From positions 11,988 to 75,987 of IMG/VR virus record IMGVR_UViG_3300022748_000017: a stretch of DNA of 64,000 nucleotides; one strand, 5' to 3'. Below the pieces are notes generated by a model. That model made no database searches. It was not told the DNA's origin and saw nothing but the letters and a program-made list of their open reading frames with translations. A program made the position numbers and the translations under genes. This stretch comes from a virus. The first letter of the stretch is position 1, and each line of letters begins with the position of its first letter. This document shows, piece after piece, positions 25,717 to 34,746 of the stretch.

Positions 25717-25721
25717 TTAAC

Positions 25722-25803
25722 GGGCCAAAAGCGGATGCTAACGAGTCGTTGTTCTAGGCGGCGCAGGATGATCTCTGGGAAGTTAGACGCAGCGAGTAGG
25801 CCC
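25722..25803 (+). ncRNA. Conserved structured RNA candidate downstream of ssb, copy A
   Basis: GGGCC-AAAA-GCGGATG-CTAAC...GTTAG-ACGCAGCGAGTA-GGCCC; covaries with 62831-62916. Confidence 0.6.
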
Positions 25804-25820
25804 ACCTTTTAAGGAAAAAA

Positions 25821-26132
25821 ATGAGTTTCCAATACATCGAAAACGAGATTGAAATTTGGGGCATCAACAAGGGCATCATTGGCCCCGGTGGTTTCGGCAC
25901 TGCTGCTTCTCAAGCCAAAAAAACGGTTGAAGAAGTGGAAGAACTTGTCAATGCTGTTTGCGCTGACAACAAAGCCGAAATTATTGATGCCATTGGCGAC
26001 ATTGGAGTGACACTGCTAATGCAATGCCATATCCAAGGCGTTACCTTTACCGAGTGCTTGGAAGCAGCTTACGCTGTTATCAGCAAACGCAAAGGCAAAA
26101 TGGTAGATGGTGTCTTTGTCAAAGATGCTTGA
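25821..26132 (+). CDS. MazG-like NTP pyrophosphohydrolase, copy A
   Basis: K..EEVEEL...DAIGD...RKG.M.DGVFVK. Confidence 0.85.
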   Translation: MSFQYIENEIEIWGINKGIIGPGGFGTAASQAKKTVEEVEELVNAVCADNKAEIIDAIGDIGVTLLMQCHIQGVTFTECLEAAYAVISKRKGKMVDGVFVKDA

Positions 26133-26340
26133 CCCTAATGTCGAAGCAGTCCGACAGAAGCTCAAACAACGGGCTGAAGTCGGGCTTGCCAAATACGGCA
26201 CTGATACGACTCGCCAAGACCTAACGCATCTTCAATGGCTGCAACACGCTCAAGAAGAAGCAATGGATTTGGCGGTCTATTTGGAACGGATCATTTCTGA
26301 TTTAAGCAAATGTCCGTTACATAAGATTGAAGAGCCTTGA
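26125..26340 (+). CDS. Conserved phage hypothetical protein, A only
   Basis: G..KYG....R.DL..LQWLQHAQEEAMD..VY. Confidence 0.65.
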   Translation: MLDPNVEAVRQKLKQRAEVGLAKYGTDTTRQDLTHLQWLQHAQEEAMDLAVYLERIISDLSKCPLHKIEEP

Positions 26341-26737
26341 GCTTCAATCCGTTTTCGTCAGCAACCCGCGCCAACGACTGAGTAGCTTCAGAACATTCTC
26401 GGATGATTGTGTCTCTGGGGTCTGCATCAGTTCTGGCGCAGGTTTTGGAATCTTGGCGTTCTCCATAGGAACGTAGCTGGTCGCGCAACCTGTCAAGCTC
26501 ATTACGACTAGAACGAATGACAGCATCAGAATTCTTTTTGCGCGTTGCATAATCTTCATCCAATCTTTGCTTTTGTTCATTCAGCGCCAATTCTTTGTTG
26601 CGGCGTTGCTCCTCAGTTTTGCGGACAGCAGCAATAAGTTCTGATCGTACAGACTCTTTTCCAGCAACATAGGCTTTCCAATGGGTTGCTGCCAACAAGA
26701 CAACAATCAAAACAGCAATTACGAGTCGGACATACAT
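26291..26737 (-). CDS. i-spanin (Rz-like)
   Basis: N-terminal TM helix, coiled coil, L.ALQ.YV...C end; downstream of the endolysin. Confidence 0.85.
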   Translation of the reverse strand: MYVRLVIAVLIVVLLAATHWKAYVAGKESVRSELIAAVRKTEEQRRNKELALNEQKQRLDEDYATRKKNSDAVIRSSRNELDRLRDQLRSYGERQDSKTCARTDADPRDTIIRECSEATQSLARVADENGLKLKALQSYVTDICLNQK

Positions 26738-26883
26738 TGCTCATGTTCCTTTTGTCGGCGATTCACAAGCCCTTGAACCTTGCTGCCTTTGACATAAACC
26801 CATTTGAGCATCTGATCGCAAGCCTCTTGATAGCGGCCTTCATTGAGCAATTTGGCTGCTGTGGACTTGCAAAAGGCTGTTGC
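26343..26883. repeat. Near-identical direct repeat of the lysis cassette (copy 1)
   Basis: Matches 63460-64000 at offset 37,117 with about 8 substitutions counted by eye. Confidence 0.95.
26344..26550 (-). CDS. o-spanin (Rz1-like lipoprotein), embedded in Rz
   Basis: Signal peptide with lipobox LTGC, Pro-rich; alternative frame inside Rz. Confidence 0.8.
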   Translation of the reverse strand: MQRAKRILMLSFVLVVMSLTGCATSYVPMENAKIPKPAPELMQTPETQSSENVLKLLSRWRGLLTKTD

Positions 26884-27180
26884 GCCAATGTTGTATGTGA
26901 ATTGTGCCCAAGCGTCATATTCGTTCTGACTTAGTGGGACTTTGACGCATTGTTTTAGTGCGCCTTCAAATTTTGTGATGTCACGAAAAGCCATCTTTAC
27001 AGATGTGATTGGATCGGTTTTATCACCCATCTTGACACCATCGGTTGTGCCAAATCCAATGGTAGGAACATCACCTTTGACTGGAATTACTGCCTTATCT
27101 GTCCAACCCTCAGAAACAATCAAACTGACAAATGCAGCCGCAGAAAGTGTAAGACTAGCGATGGCTTTACGATTATCCAC
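26719..27180 (-). CDS. Endolysin, GH24 lysozyme, probably SAR type
   Basis: Weakly hydrophobic N-terminus followed by E..D..T (SEG...GDVPTIGFGTT); GLVNRR. Confidence 0.9.
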   Translation of the reverse strand: MDNRKAIASLTLSAAAFVSLIVSEGWTDKAVIPVKGDVPTIGFGTTDGVKMGDKTDPITSVKMAFRDITKFEGALKQCVKVPLSQNEYDAWAQFTYNIGATAFCKSTAAKLLNEGRYQEACDQMLKWVYVKGSKVQGLVNRRQKEHEQCMSDS

Positions 27181-27364
27181 TTGTAACTTCTTTGTAGATT
27201 TGCCATGCCTTTTGACAAATCAACATGATGGTGTAAATCAATGTGGCCCAAAGGACCAATTCACTAACCTGATACCCAAGCAGTGTCGCAATAGAGACAG
27301 TTGCAGGAGGTGCTACCTTGGCAGTGATAGCAGCAGCAGTTTCAGTAGTCGTTGAATGGTCCAT
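27173..27364 (-). CDS. Holin-like membrane protein
   Basis: 63 aa, hydrophobic, immediately upstream of the endolysin. Confidence 0.7.
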   Translation of the reverse strand: MDHSTTTETAAAITAKVAPPATVSIATLLGYQVSELVLWATLIYTIMLICQKAWQIYKEVTSG

Positions 27365-27375
27365 TTTCTACACGC

Positions 27376-28455
27376 TCAAAGATTCGGGGTTTCACCAGTT
27401 GTCATGTAGTGTAGATTGGATTGGATGCGTTGATCCTGCGGGGCCAATTCTAACGCCTTATGACAAAGTTGAATAGCTTCGTCCTTGAGCCCAAGGTTCC
27501 AAGCTGCGATGCTGGCGTAATCCCAAGGCTTTTCACCCCAGACTTCCGGGTCCATCGTGTACACCAAGGCTTTGTCAGTAATCTGCAAGGCTGATTTGGC
27601 GGCTGCATAGCTTTCTGCCCACATGGACAAACGATAGCACTGTGCGCTTAATTCAACCCAAGGCTCACGGGTTCCCGGTGCTTCAGCAACTGCCAAACGG
27701 AACCATTTGAGGGCTTCATGTGGGTTGCCTTTTTCCGCATACGCTTTACCCAACAGACGCATTGCATAGCATCGTTCGTTGACCCAAGTCGCTTCAGGCA
27801 TAGCCAGATACTTGTTTAAGGCAGTAATGGCTTCATCCCACCGAGCATAGAACGTCAGTTCACGGGCATGGTAAAAAGCATTGCGGGGGCAATACGGGTC
27901 TTCCTTTACCGCCAATTCCAGCAAAGGCATATATTGCCCACGTGACTTTGTTGGGTCTGGATGATGGCTGACCAGCAGCATATCCGTATGGGCATAGACC
28001 TCTTTGATACGTCCATCAGGGCGAGGGTACTCATGAACTGGGTGGAAGAACCTATATCCATGACGAGCAAAAATCTTTTCGTAGAAAAAGCTAATTCCAC
28101 AGCCCCAATCGAACTTGTAGCGCAAACGAGTAGTGCCTTCAACCCAAACACGCTCGATTTCTTCACGCCATCCCGGCTCTAGCACTTCATCAAGGTCAAG
28201 GCTGATAACAATGTCAATGTCCCGAGGAAGTAAAGCAATTGCGGCATTACGGGCAAGATCAAAACGCCAAGGGCTGATGCAGATGTCATGCACGACAGCC
28301 CCGCATTCAATGGCTCTAGCAACTGTTGCGTCAGTAGAGCCAGTGTCTGCAATGCAAATCAGGTCTGCATCTCTGGCTGAGTCGCAGAACCTATGAACAA
28401 ACTGTTCTTCATTCTTGGAGATTGCCGAGACAGCAATCTTGAGTCGTTTTGTCAT
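27376..28455 (-). CDS. GT2 glycosyltransferase with C-terminal TPRs
   Basis: ISKNEE, DTGSTD, FDLARN, DLDE (DxD), VHE; TPR helices. Confidence 0.9.
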   Translation of the reverse strand: MTKRLKIAVSAISKNEEQFVHRFCDSARDADLICIADTGSTDATVARAIECGAVVHDICISPWRFDLARNAAIALLPRDIDIVISLDLDEVLEPGWREEIERVWVEGTTRLRYKFDWGCGISFFYEKIFARHGYRFFHPVHEYPRPDGRIKEVYAHTDMLLVSHHPDPTKSRGQYMPLLELAVKEDPYCPRNAFYHARELTFYARWDEAITALNKYLAMPEATWVNERCYAMRLLGKAYAEKGNPHEALKWFRLAVAEAPGTREPWVELSAQCYRLSMWAESYAAAKSALQITDKALVYTMDPEVWGEKPWDYASIAAWNLGLKDEAIQLCHKALELAPQDQRIQSNLHYMTTGETPNL

Positions 28456-28486
28456 TTCTTATCCTATGCAATTCAATGAATATATT

Positions 28487-29416
28487 TTACAGGTTACCTG
28501 TGTTTGTTGATGGGAAGGATCGTGTTGTACCGGGCCAAATGATGCGAACTGCGCCGCCACCGCTGGCATTACCGCCAGTCACGTTACCGCCACTACCGCC
28601 GCCATATGCGCCGCCTGCACCGCCAGCAGATGAGTTTGAATTCTGTCCAGCACTGCCACCAGAACCGCCACCGCCGCCAACGTTTGTAGTCCCACCAGCG
28701 CCAGATGAACCTTGACCCAAAATCCCAACACCCCCTCCTCCTGCGCTGTTATATGTTGGATTTGGAGAACCGCCACGACCACCACCGCCAGCACCACCAC
28801 CGCTACCAGGATTTCCTGTTGTGAAACCGCTATCTGCGCCAGCGCCTCCGTTTCCAGAATAACCTCCAGCGCCGCCGCCACCGCCGCCAGTTAGGCCAGA
28901 CGCTGAGCCACCTGCGCCACCGTTCCCGCCACCATTGCCAACAAATGAACCGCCTGCACCGCCAGATTGACTGCTTGTGCCACCGCCGCCACCGCCTTTT
29001 ACGGTAGAGCTATTTACAAAATAACTGTCGCCACCATTTGCGGCAAAACTTGCGCCAGCTCCAATTTGAACGGTGTAACTAGACCCCGGTGTAACAGAAT
29101 AATTGTTTTTATATCCAAGGCCACCGCCGCCACCGCCGCCACCAGTAAGTAATGTGCAGCCACAAAAATAAACGCTGTAACCACTACCGCCACCGCCAAC
29201 AGCTACAACGGATACAGAAGTCACGCCAGCAGGAGCAATCCATGTATAGGTTCCAGCGGTTGTGTATGCCTGCTGTCCCGGAGGAATTGGAATTGGCCAT
29301 GTACCGGCCTTAATGTTCTGCAAGGCTTGGTCAAGTGTCCAAATTCCGGGAGCCGCAGTCGATGTTGGCGCGACTGGAGACTTCGTGATGAACCCGCCGG
29401 GGAATCGTTCGCTCAT
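28487..29416 (-). CDS. Glycine-rich virion/tail fibre protein (paralogue 2)
   Basis: WIAPAGVTSVSVVAVGGGG...GAVRIIWPGTTRSFPSTNTGNL. Confidence 0.75.
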   Translation of the reverse strand: MSERFPGGFITKSPVAPTSTAAPGIWTLDQALQNIKAGTWPIPIPPGQQAYTTAGTYTWIAPAGVTSVSVVAVGGGGSGYSVYFCGCTLLTGGGGGGGGLGYKNNYSVTPGSSYTVQIGAGASFAANGGDSYFVNSSTVKGGGGGGTSSQSGGAGGSFVGNGGGNGGAGGSASGLTGGGGGGAGGYSGNGGAGADSGFTTGNPGSGGGAGGGGRGGSPNPTYNSAGGGGVGILGQGSSGAGGTTNVGGGGGSGGSAGQNSNSSAGGAGGAYGGGSGGNVTGGNASGGGAVRIIWPGTTRSFPSTNTGNL

Positions 29417-29724
29417 GTTTGCACCTGATAGTCGTTGCTTACACCGCCATATTTTTTGACGATATTGACAATTCGTGTGTTGTCTTCCAAAGCCATCAAC
29501 TCATGTGGTTCACCGGGACGAAAGTCAATGATCTGACCTGCATCCGCAACCTTCTCCCAATCATGGGAATAGGCTTTCAATTTGCCACGCGCCACAATGG
29601 TGATGTGAACTGAATTTTCATCGTGATTGTGCTTTGGAAGGATGTCGCCAGCCTTTTCAAAGTCGTAAATGGCTCCGCGAATGTCGCCAAGATTTTGAAG
29701 TGGTGTTGGTTTAGCCAATGACAT
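29413..29724 (-). CDS. Cupin-fold protein
   Basis: HNH....HIT.V.RG and PGEPHEL.ALED cupin motifs. Confidence 0.75.
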   Translation of the reverse strand: MSLAKPTPLQNLGDIRGAIYDFEKAGDILPKHNHDENSVHITIVARGKLKAYSHDWEKVADAGQIIDFRPGEPHELMALEDNTRIVNIVKKYGGVSNDYQVQT

Positions 29725-30208
29725 TTGGAGCACTCCCCGGCGCATTCACATCCATCACCGTTCCATCAGCATTGATGCGCGGAGGCTGCGGAATGTTCGG
29801 CTCTACAGGGTCAACCAATGTCCATGCGTTTAACGCAGCAAGATAATCTATCCAAGCCTGCTTTGCAGCATCACTTGGCGCATTGTCAATGTTTTGCTGT
29901 GTTATTTCCTTCAAAAATCCAACACTTGCATTGGCTGCTTGAGTCAGGTCTTGCAATTTTTGTGCGTGCTCAATTTCGGTCATTGGACGCACACTCCAAA
30001 CGTCTTTGACTATGCCGTCTATCCATTGGTAAGACAATTCTTCAACTTCAAACGTACCCGCAGTGTTGGGTTGAGGCACGCGCTCAAACCGCGCAAATTC
30101 AGGCGGCAGATTGTTCACATCAATATCGGGGAACGCCTGACGGAAGTTGTCGCCAAAGATCGGATGCTCGTGAGGTTGTCCGTCACGAATTTGAATGAAC
30201 AGTTCCAT
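29711..30208 (-). CDS. Hypothetical protein (possible tail-fibre assembly)
   Basis: Lies between fibre genes; W.DY...L C-terminus. Confidence 0.55.
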   Translation of the reverse strand: MELFIQIRDGQPHEHPIFGDNFRQAFPDIDVNNLPPEFARFERVPQPNTAGTFEVEELSYQWIDGIVKDVWSVRPMTEIEHAQKLQDLTQAANASVGFLKEITQQNIDNAPSDAAKQAWIDYLAALNAWTLVDPVEPNIPQPPRINADGTVMDVNAPGSAPNVIG

Positions 30209-31213
30209 TTACATATTTCCTGTGTTGGTTGATGGGAACGAACGGGTTGTCCCCGGCCAAATCAGTCGGACAGCCCCACCGCCGCCAGAGCCAGCATAAG
30301 CGCCATTGCCACCGGGGTTTCCGCCTCCACCTCCGCCTCCATAAGCACCGCCAGAGCCTCCACCAGCAGCGCCTCCATCATTATTTCCGCCGCTACCACC
30401 TGTAGCACCATTACTTCCACCAGCCCCACCTGTTGGAGAAACATGAACGCCAGTAGACCTTGTTCCGCCTGAGCCGTTTGTGCCTTGCCCTAACAAACCA
30501 ACACCTCCGCCGCCAGCCCCGCCAATATAGTTAAATATCGGGTTGCAGCAGCATCCGCCTACAAAGTAAGGGCCACTACCACCACCGCCACCACCACCGC
30601 CGCCTCCTGCTCCAGAAGCGCCATTAGTTGGGCCATTTACTGTGCCTTCACCGCCATTACCGCCAGATGCTGAATATCCAGCAGCCCCCCCACCTCCGCC
30701 TCCAATACGAAAGCCACGAGAACCGCCTTGTCTACCAACAGCCGTAGTAGAGCCTTGATAGTATCCAACACTGTCTGGAGTCCCGCCTGTTGCAATCACA
30801 AAACCACCAACCCCTTGAAAACTACTGCTTCCTCCAGCGCCACCATTAGGGCCATATCTTCCTCCAGAGCCTCCGACACCAACTTCAACGGTATACGAGT
30901 TCCCCGGAACAACAGTCAGATTGTTGTAGTAACCAAGACCTCCGCCACAACCTCCAGCGCCAGAGTAAATACCTTCTCCAGAGCCTCCACCACCAACGCA
31001 AACTACAGATACTGAAGTCACGCCAGCAGGTGCAACCCAAGAATACAAACCCGGAGTTGTATATGCGGCCTGTCCAATAGCAACAGGAACAGGCCAATTA
31101 CCAGCAGCATTTGCTTGCATTTGTTGCTCTAACGTCCAAACACCAGATGCAGAAGAACTGCTTGTAGTAGGTGGCGTTGCGGAAATGACTCCGCCTTTAT
31201 AGCGAAAACTCAT
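30209..31213 (-). CDS. Glycine-rich virion/tail fibre protein (paralogue 1)
   Basis: Same N- and C-terminal motifs as 28487-29416. Confidence 0.75.
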   Translation of the reverse strand: MSFRYKGGVISATPPTTSSSSASGVWTLEQQMQANAAGNWPVPVAIGQAAYTTPGLYSWVAPAGVTSVSVVCVGGGGSGEGIYSGAGGCGGGLGYYNNLTVVPGNSYTVEVGVGGSGGRYGPNGGAGGSSSFQGVGGFVIATGGTPDSVGYYQGSTTAVGRQGGSRGFRIGGGGGGAAGYSASGGNGGEGTVNGPTNGASGAGGGGGGGGGGSGPYFVGGCCCNPIFNYIGGAGGGGVGLLGQGTNGSGGTRSTGVHVSPTGGAGGSNGATGGSGGNNDGGAAGGGSGGAYGGGGGGGNPGGNGAYAGSGGGGAVRLIWPGTTRSFPSTNTGNM

Positions 31214-31224
31214 GCTTCACCTCA

Positions 31225-31617
31225 TCAAGAGATGTCTTCATAAGAAACACTGAATGTCAGCGAACTGCCTGTGCCTGATGTAATTGAAATAGATGTTCCT
31301 TCTTGTAAATAGATCGGAGTTGTTTTATCAACAGCAATCAAAGAAGCATTCCCGGGAACAGAAATCGTTGCTACAACTGGATAAGCCGTTCCACCAGAAG
31401 GCGCAGAGCCTTGAGCAACAGCGCCGTTTGTGTAGATTGAGACAGTTGCATTTGCTGCGCTTCCTGTCACGTTTGCCACAACAATTTGGTTGATCTTGTA
31501 GACCTTGCCGCTTGACGCAGCGTTAGCCAGCAACACCACAGCAGATGTACCGCTAGGCGTGTAGTAGGTGGTTACGCCATAAAGAGCAGATACGTTAACG
31601 ATGTTTGGGTTTGCCAT
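31225..31617 (-). CDS. Putative small virion/fibre-associated protein
   Basis: Ser/Thr/Ala-rich, beta-type, ends SYEDIS, inside the fibre cluster. Confidence 0.6.
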   Translation of the reverse strand: MANPNIVNVSALYGVTTYYTPSGTSAVVLLANAASSGKVYKINQIVVANVTGSAANATVSIYTNGAVAQGSAPSGGTAYPVVATISVPGNASLIAVDKTTPIYLQEGTSISITSGTGSSLTFSVSYEDIS

Positions 31618-31626
31618 GATTATTCC

Positions 31627-34191
31627 TCACAAGCCAAAGATGATGTTAAGAGCGATTGTTTTGCTATAACTGACGGGGCCAGTAGAGCCAGTTGGACCTG
31701 TCGGACCATTTGTGCCATTGGCTCCTGTTGGGCCTGTTGGGCCAGTTGGGCCAGTTAAACCAGTTGACCCAGTGCTACCTGTAGGTCCGGTTGGGCCAAC
31801 AGCACCAGTAGCGCCTGTAGAACCAGTCGGTCCTGTAGGACCTTGAGCGCCAGTTGCACCTGTCGCACCAGTGCTTCCTGTTGGGCCAGTCGGACCTGCA
31901 ATTCCTTGAATGCCTTGAGGCCCGGTAGGACCAGTAGGTCCAACCGCTTGTGTGTTAGTCCACTTTGTACCGTTCCAGACCAAAGCATCGCCAGTAGACA
32001 ATGTGGTCAGGCCAACGTCACCCTCATACTGACCAAGTACACCACCAAATGATGGACGCACAAACAAAGAGCCATTACTTGCGGATGAATATACACAAGC
32101 ACAAACTTGAACCTTTGGATTTGGCGCAGATGGAATAGTTGCAGTCAAGCCACCAGCAACAGAAGGGTCGAGATACAGAATTTGACCCGCCGTAAATGCC
32201 GATGTGTTCAGGTTGCGAACCAAACCAAATGATGTGATGTAGCCCCAGCCATTCAGTGCAATATCCTGAGTAGCAATGCCCATGACATACGATGCTTGCG
32301 AGGCTGTAAGGCCAGTTGCTGGTGCACCAGTCAATGCGCCAGAAGCGCCAACAGTACCCGTGAACATCACGACTTGACCGTTGGTAATTGCGCTCGATGC
32401 TTTGATTCGGAAATACTGTTCTTCACCAATCTGCTGTGTAGCAGTGCCATCAGCCATCACCAACGAAAGCGTTTGGTTGCCATCAGCAGAATCCCAATAC
32501 AACGTACCCGGAGTTGTCGGCGTTGTTGCTGGTGTGGTGTTAAACAGAATCCAATCAGGCGTGCTTAAACTGGTAACACCAGTCACAGCGCCAGTAGGCA
32601 TTGGGCCTGTGGGACCTGTTGGCCCAGTATTGCCTTGAATTCCTTGGATGCCTTGCACGCCTTGTGGGCCTGTCGGGCCAGTGTCACCTTGAACGCCCTG
32701 AAGACCCTGTGGGCCTGTAGGGCCAATCACACCTTGAATCCCTTGAGGGCCAGTAGGTCCAGTTGCGCCTACTTCACCTTGTGCGCCAGTCGGCCCCGTG
32801 GGACCCTGAATGCCTTGGATGCCTTGAGAGCCCGTTGGCCCCGTAGGACCCACCACACCCTGAATGCCTTGGGGGCCAGTAGGACCAACCTCACCTTGGA
32901 TGCCTTGCGCTCCAGTAGGACCCGTTGGACCAACATCGCCTTGTACCCCTTGAATGCCTTGAATACCTTGAGGTCCCGTAGGGCCAACATCGCCTTGCGC
33001 TCCAGTTGGGCCAGTAGGACCGACTTCACCTTGGATGCCCTGAGCGCCCGTTGGACCTGCGACCCCTTGTATGCCTTGAGCGCCTGTTGAACCAGTCGGG
33101 CCAACCTCACCCTGAATGCCTTGAGCGCCTGTGGGGCCAGTCGGGCCTTGTGCGCCAGTTGGGCCTTGAGGACCAACAATCTGACCAGCATCAAACCAAG
33201 ATGTGCCGTTCCATACATACAGATTACCTTCAGAAGTAACGATGTATGCGTCATTAGGAAGATTGCCCACCATTGGCAGGTCGCCCACAGTAGCAACTTC
33301 ACCTTTAAGGTTAATGGATGTGCCTTGTGCGCCTTGCGCCCCAGTAGGGCCAGTTGGGCCTGTTACGCCCTGAATGCCTTGAGGTCCAGTCGGGCCGACA
33401 TCGCCAGTAACGCCTGTTGGTCCAGTGGCTCCTTGAATACCCTGAATGCCCTGAGCGCCCGTTGGGCCAATAGGACCAGTATCCCCTTGAATACCTTGAG
33501 GACCAGTAGGACCAGCAACACCTTGAACGCCTTGGTCGCCCTGAATGCCCTGTGGGCCAGTTGGACCGACTTCACCTTGGATGCCTTGAGTGCCTTGAGC
33601 GCCTGTCGGCCCAGTAGGTCCAGCAACAGTTGAATCAGCACCTGTCGGACCAGTAGGGCCAACATTGCCTTGAATACCTTGTGCGCCTGTCGGGCCAGTC
33701 GGACCATCAATGCCCATGTAGCCAGTTGGACCTGTTGGGCCTGTGGCTCCATTTGCCCCATTAGCGCCAGTCGGCCCAGTGGGGCCAGCAATACCTTGAA
33801 TGCCCTGTTCGCCTTGCGGTCCTGTTGGGCCTTGAATGCCCTGAACCCCTTGAATACCTTGGACACCCTGCGGACCAGTCGGACCAACATCACCAGTAGT
33901 ACCAGCCTGTCCTGTTGGGCCAGTTGCCCCCGTTGAGCCAGTTGGACCCGTAGGACCAGCATTGCCCTGCGGACCAGTTGGACCTGTGCCTGTTGGCCCC
34001 ATAGCGCCCGTAGGACCAGTAGGTCCAGCATTTCCTTGTGGGCCTGTAGGACCACTACCAGTTGGCCCCATAGGGCCAGTTGGACCCGCTACACCACGAT
34101 CAATGCGTGCTTCAACGCGAGGCTGTGGAACAACCTCAAGACTGACGTTGTTGCCATCAAGAACCGTAACCTTCAAGTTGCTCATAGCCAA
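31627..34191 (-). CDS. Collagen-like tail fibre/whisker protein
   Basis: Long Gly-X-Y runs (GPT, GIQ, GAQ) interrupted by globular domains. Confidence 0.9.
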   Translation of the reverse strand: MAMSNLKVTVLDGNNVSLEVVPQPRVEARIDRGVAGPTGPMGPTGSGPTGPQGNAGPTGPTGAMGPTGTGPTGPQGNAGPTGPTGSTGATGPTGQAGTTGDVGPTGPQGVQGIQGVQGIQGPTGPQGEQGIQGIAGPTGPTGANGANGATGPTGPTGYMGIDGPTGPTGAQGIQGNVGPTGPTGADSTVAGPTGPTGAQGTQGIQGEVGPTGPQGIQGDQGVQGVAGPTGPQGIQGDTGPIGPTGAQGIQGIQGATGPTGVTGDVGPTGPQGIQGVTGPTGPTGAQGAQGTSINLKGEVATVGDLPMVGNLPNDAYIVTSEGNLYVWNGTSWFDAGQIVGPQGPTGAQGPTGPTGAQGIQGEVGPTGSTGAQGIQGVAGPTGAQGIQGEVGPTGPTGAQGDVGPTGPQGIQGIQGVQGDVGPTGPTGAQGIQGEVGPTGPQGIQGVVGPTGPTGSQGIQGIQGPTGPTGAQGEVGATGPTGPQGIQGVIGPTGPQGLQGVQGDTGPTGPQGVQGIQGIQGNTGPTGPTGPMPTGAVTGVTSLSTPDWILFNTTPATTPTTPGTLYWDSADGNQTLSLVMADGTATQQIGEEQYFRIKASSAITNGQVVMFTGTVGASGALTGAPATGLTASQASYVMGIATQDIALNGWGYITSFGLVRNLNTSAFTAGQILYLDPSVAGGLTATIPSAPNPKVQVCACVYSSASNGSLFVRPSFGGVLGQYEGDVGLTTLSTGDALVWNGTKWTNTQAVGPTGPTGPQGIQGIAGPTGPTGSTGATGATGAQGPTGPTGSTGATGAVGPTGPTGSTGSTGLTGPTGPTGPTGANGTNGPTGPTGSTGPVSYSKTIALNIIFGL

Positions 34192-34194
34192 TCC

Positions 34195-34677
34195 TTACAG
34201 AACAATCACGCCGTCAGAACGGACGATGAACAACAGGAAAATAATCATGTCATCTGCCGGGACAGAGCCAACCGCAGGGAAAGACACTTTGACGCGACCA
34301 GAATAGCCAACAGGATTCTGTGCGTTGATTTCCAGTTCGGGGTCTGTAGACATCAAAGACCAAGCGCCAGCATCAATCACAAGGGTGCAAGTACCCAAAG
34401 CCGTATTGATATTGCTGACAGTCAGAGGAATTGCCGCAGGAGTGGGGTTGTAATCAGCAATGTCAAACGTCAACCCGTTGCGGGTATCCACAATGTTTGA
34501 CAGTTCACGGCGAACGATTTGGGCATCAATGGTCGCGCCAGTCAAATCGACTGGAAGGCCATTTGATGTAAAAGACAGATTCCAATAAGTCTGCTGGTCC
34601 CAGACAAGTTCGCCAGCAAGAATAGGATTGTCAAAGCCCGAAACTTGGGCCAAAGTATTGCGATTAAAGACCGCCAT
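34195..34677 (-). CDS. BppU-like baseplate/fibre attachment protein
   Basis: PVDLTGATIDAQIVR motif; between tail tip and fibre. Confidence 0.55.
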   Translation of the reverse strand: MAVFNRNTLAQVSGFDNPILAGELVWDQQTYWNLSFTSNGLPVDLTGATIDAQIVRRELSNIVDTRNGLTFDIADYNPTPAAIPLTVSNINTALGTCTLVIDAGAWSLMSTDPELEINAQNPVGYSGRVKVSFPAVGSVPADDMIIFLLFIVRSDGVIVL

Positions 34678-34746
34678 GTCAGTTCCCTGCACACAGTTAG
34701 AACACCCATGATTCCCACGGGACGATGCTGTCTTGTTTTGGTGATT

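Noticed and set aside
28487-31213. Diversity-generating retroelement acting on the fibre paralogues
   Set aside because: No reverse transcriptase in the window and no TR/VR pair differing only at adenines
31680-34090. Highly repetitive DNA as a possible CRISPR array or satellite
   Set aside because: The 9-bp periodicity is explained by Gly-X-Y collagen codons; there is no constant repeat with unique spacers
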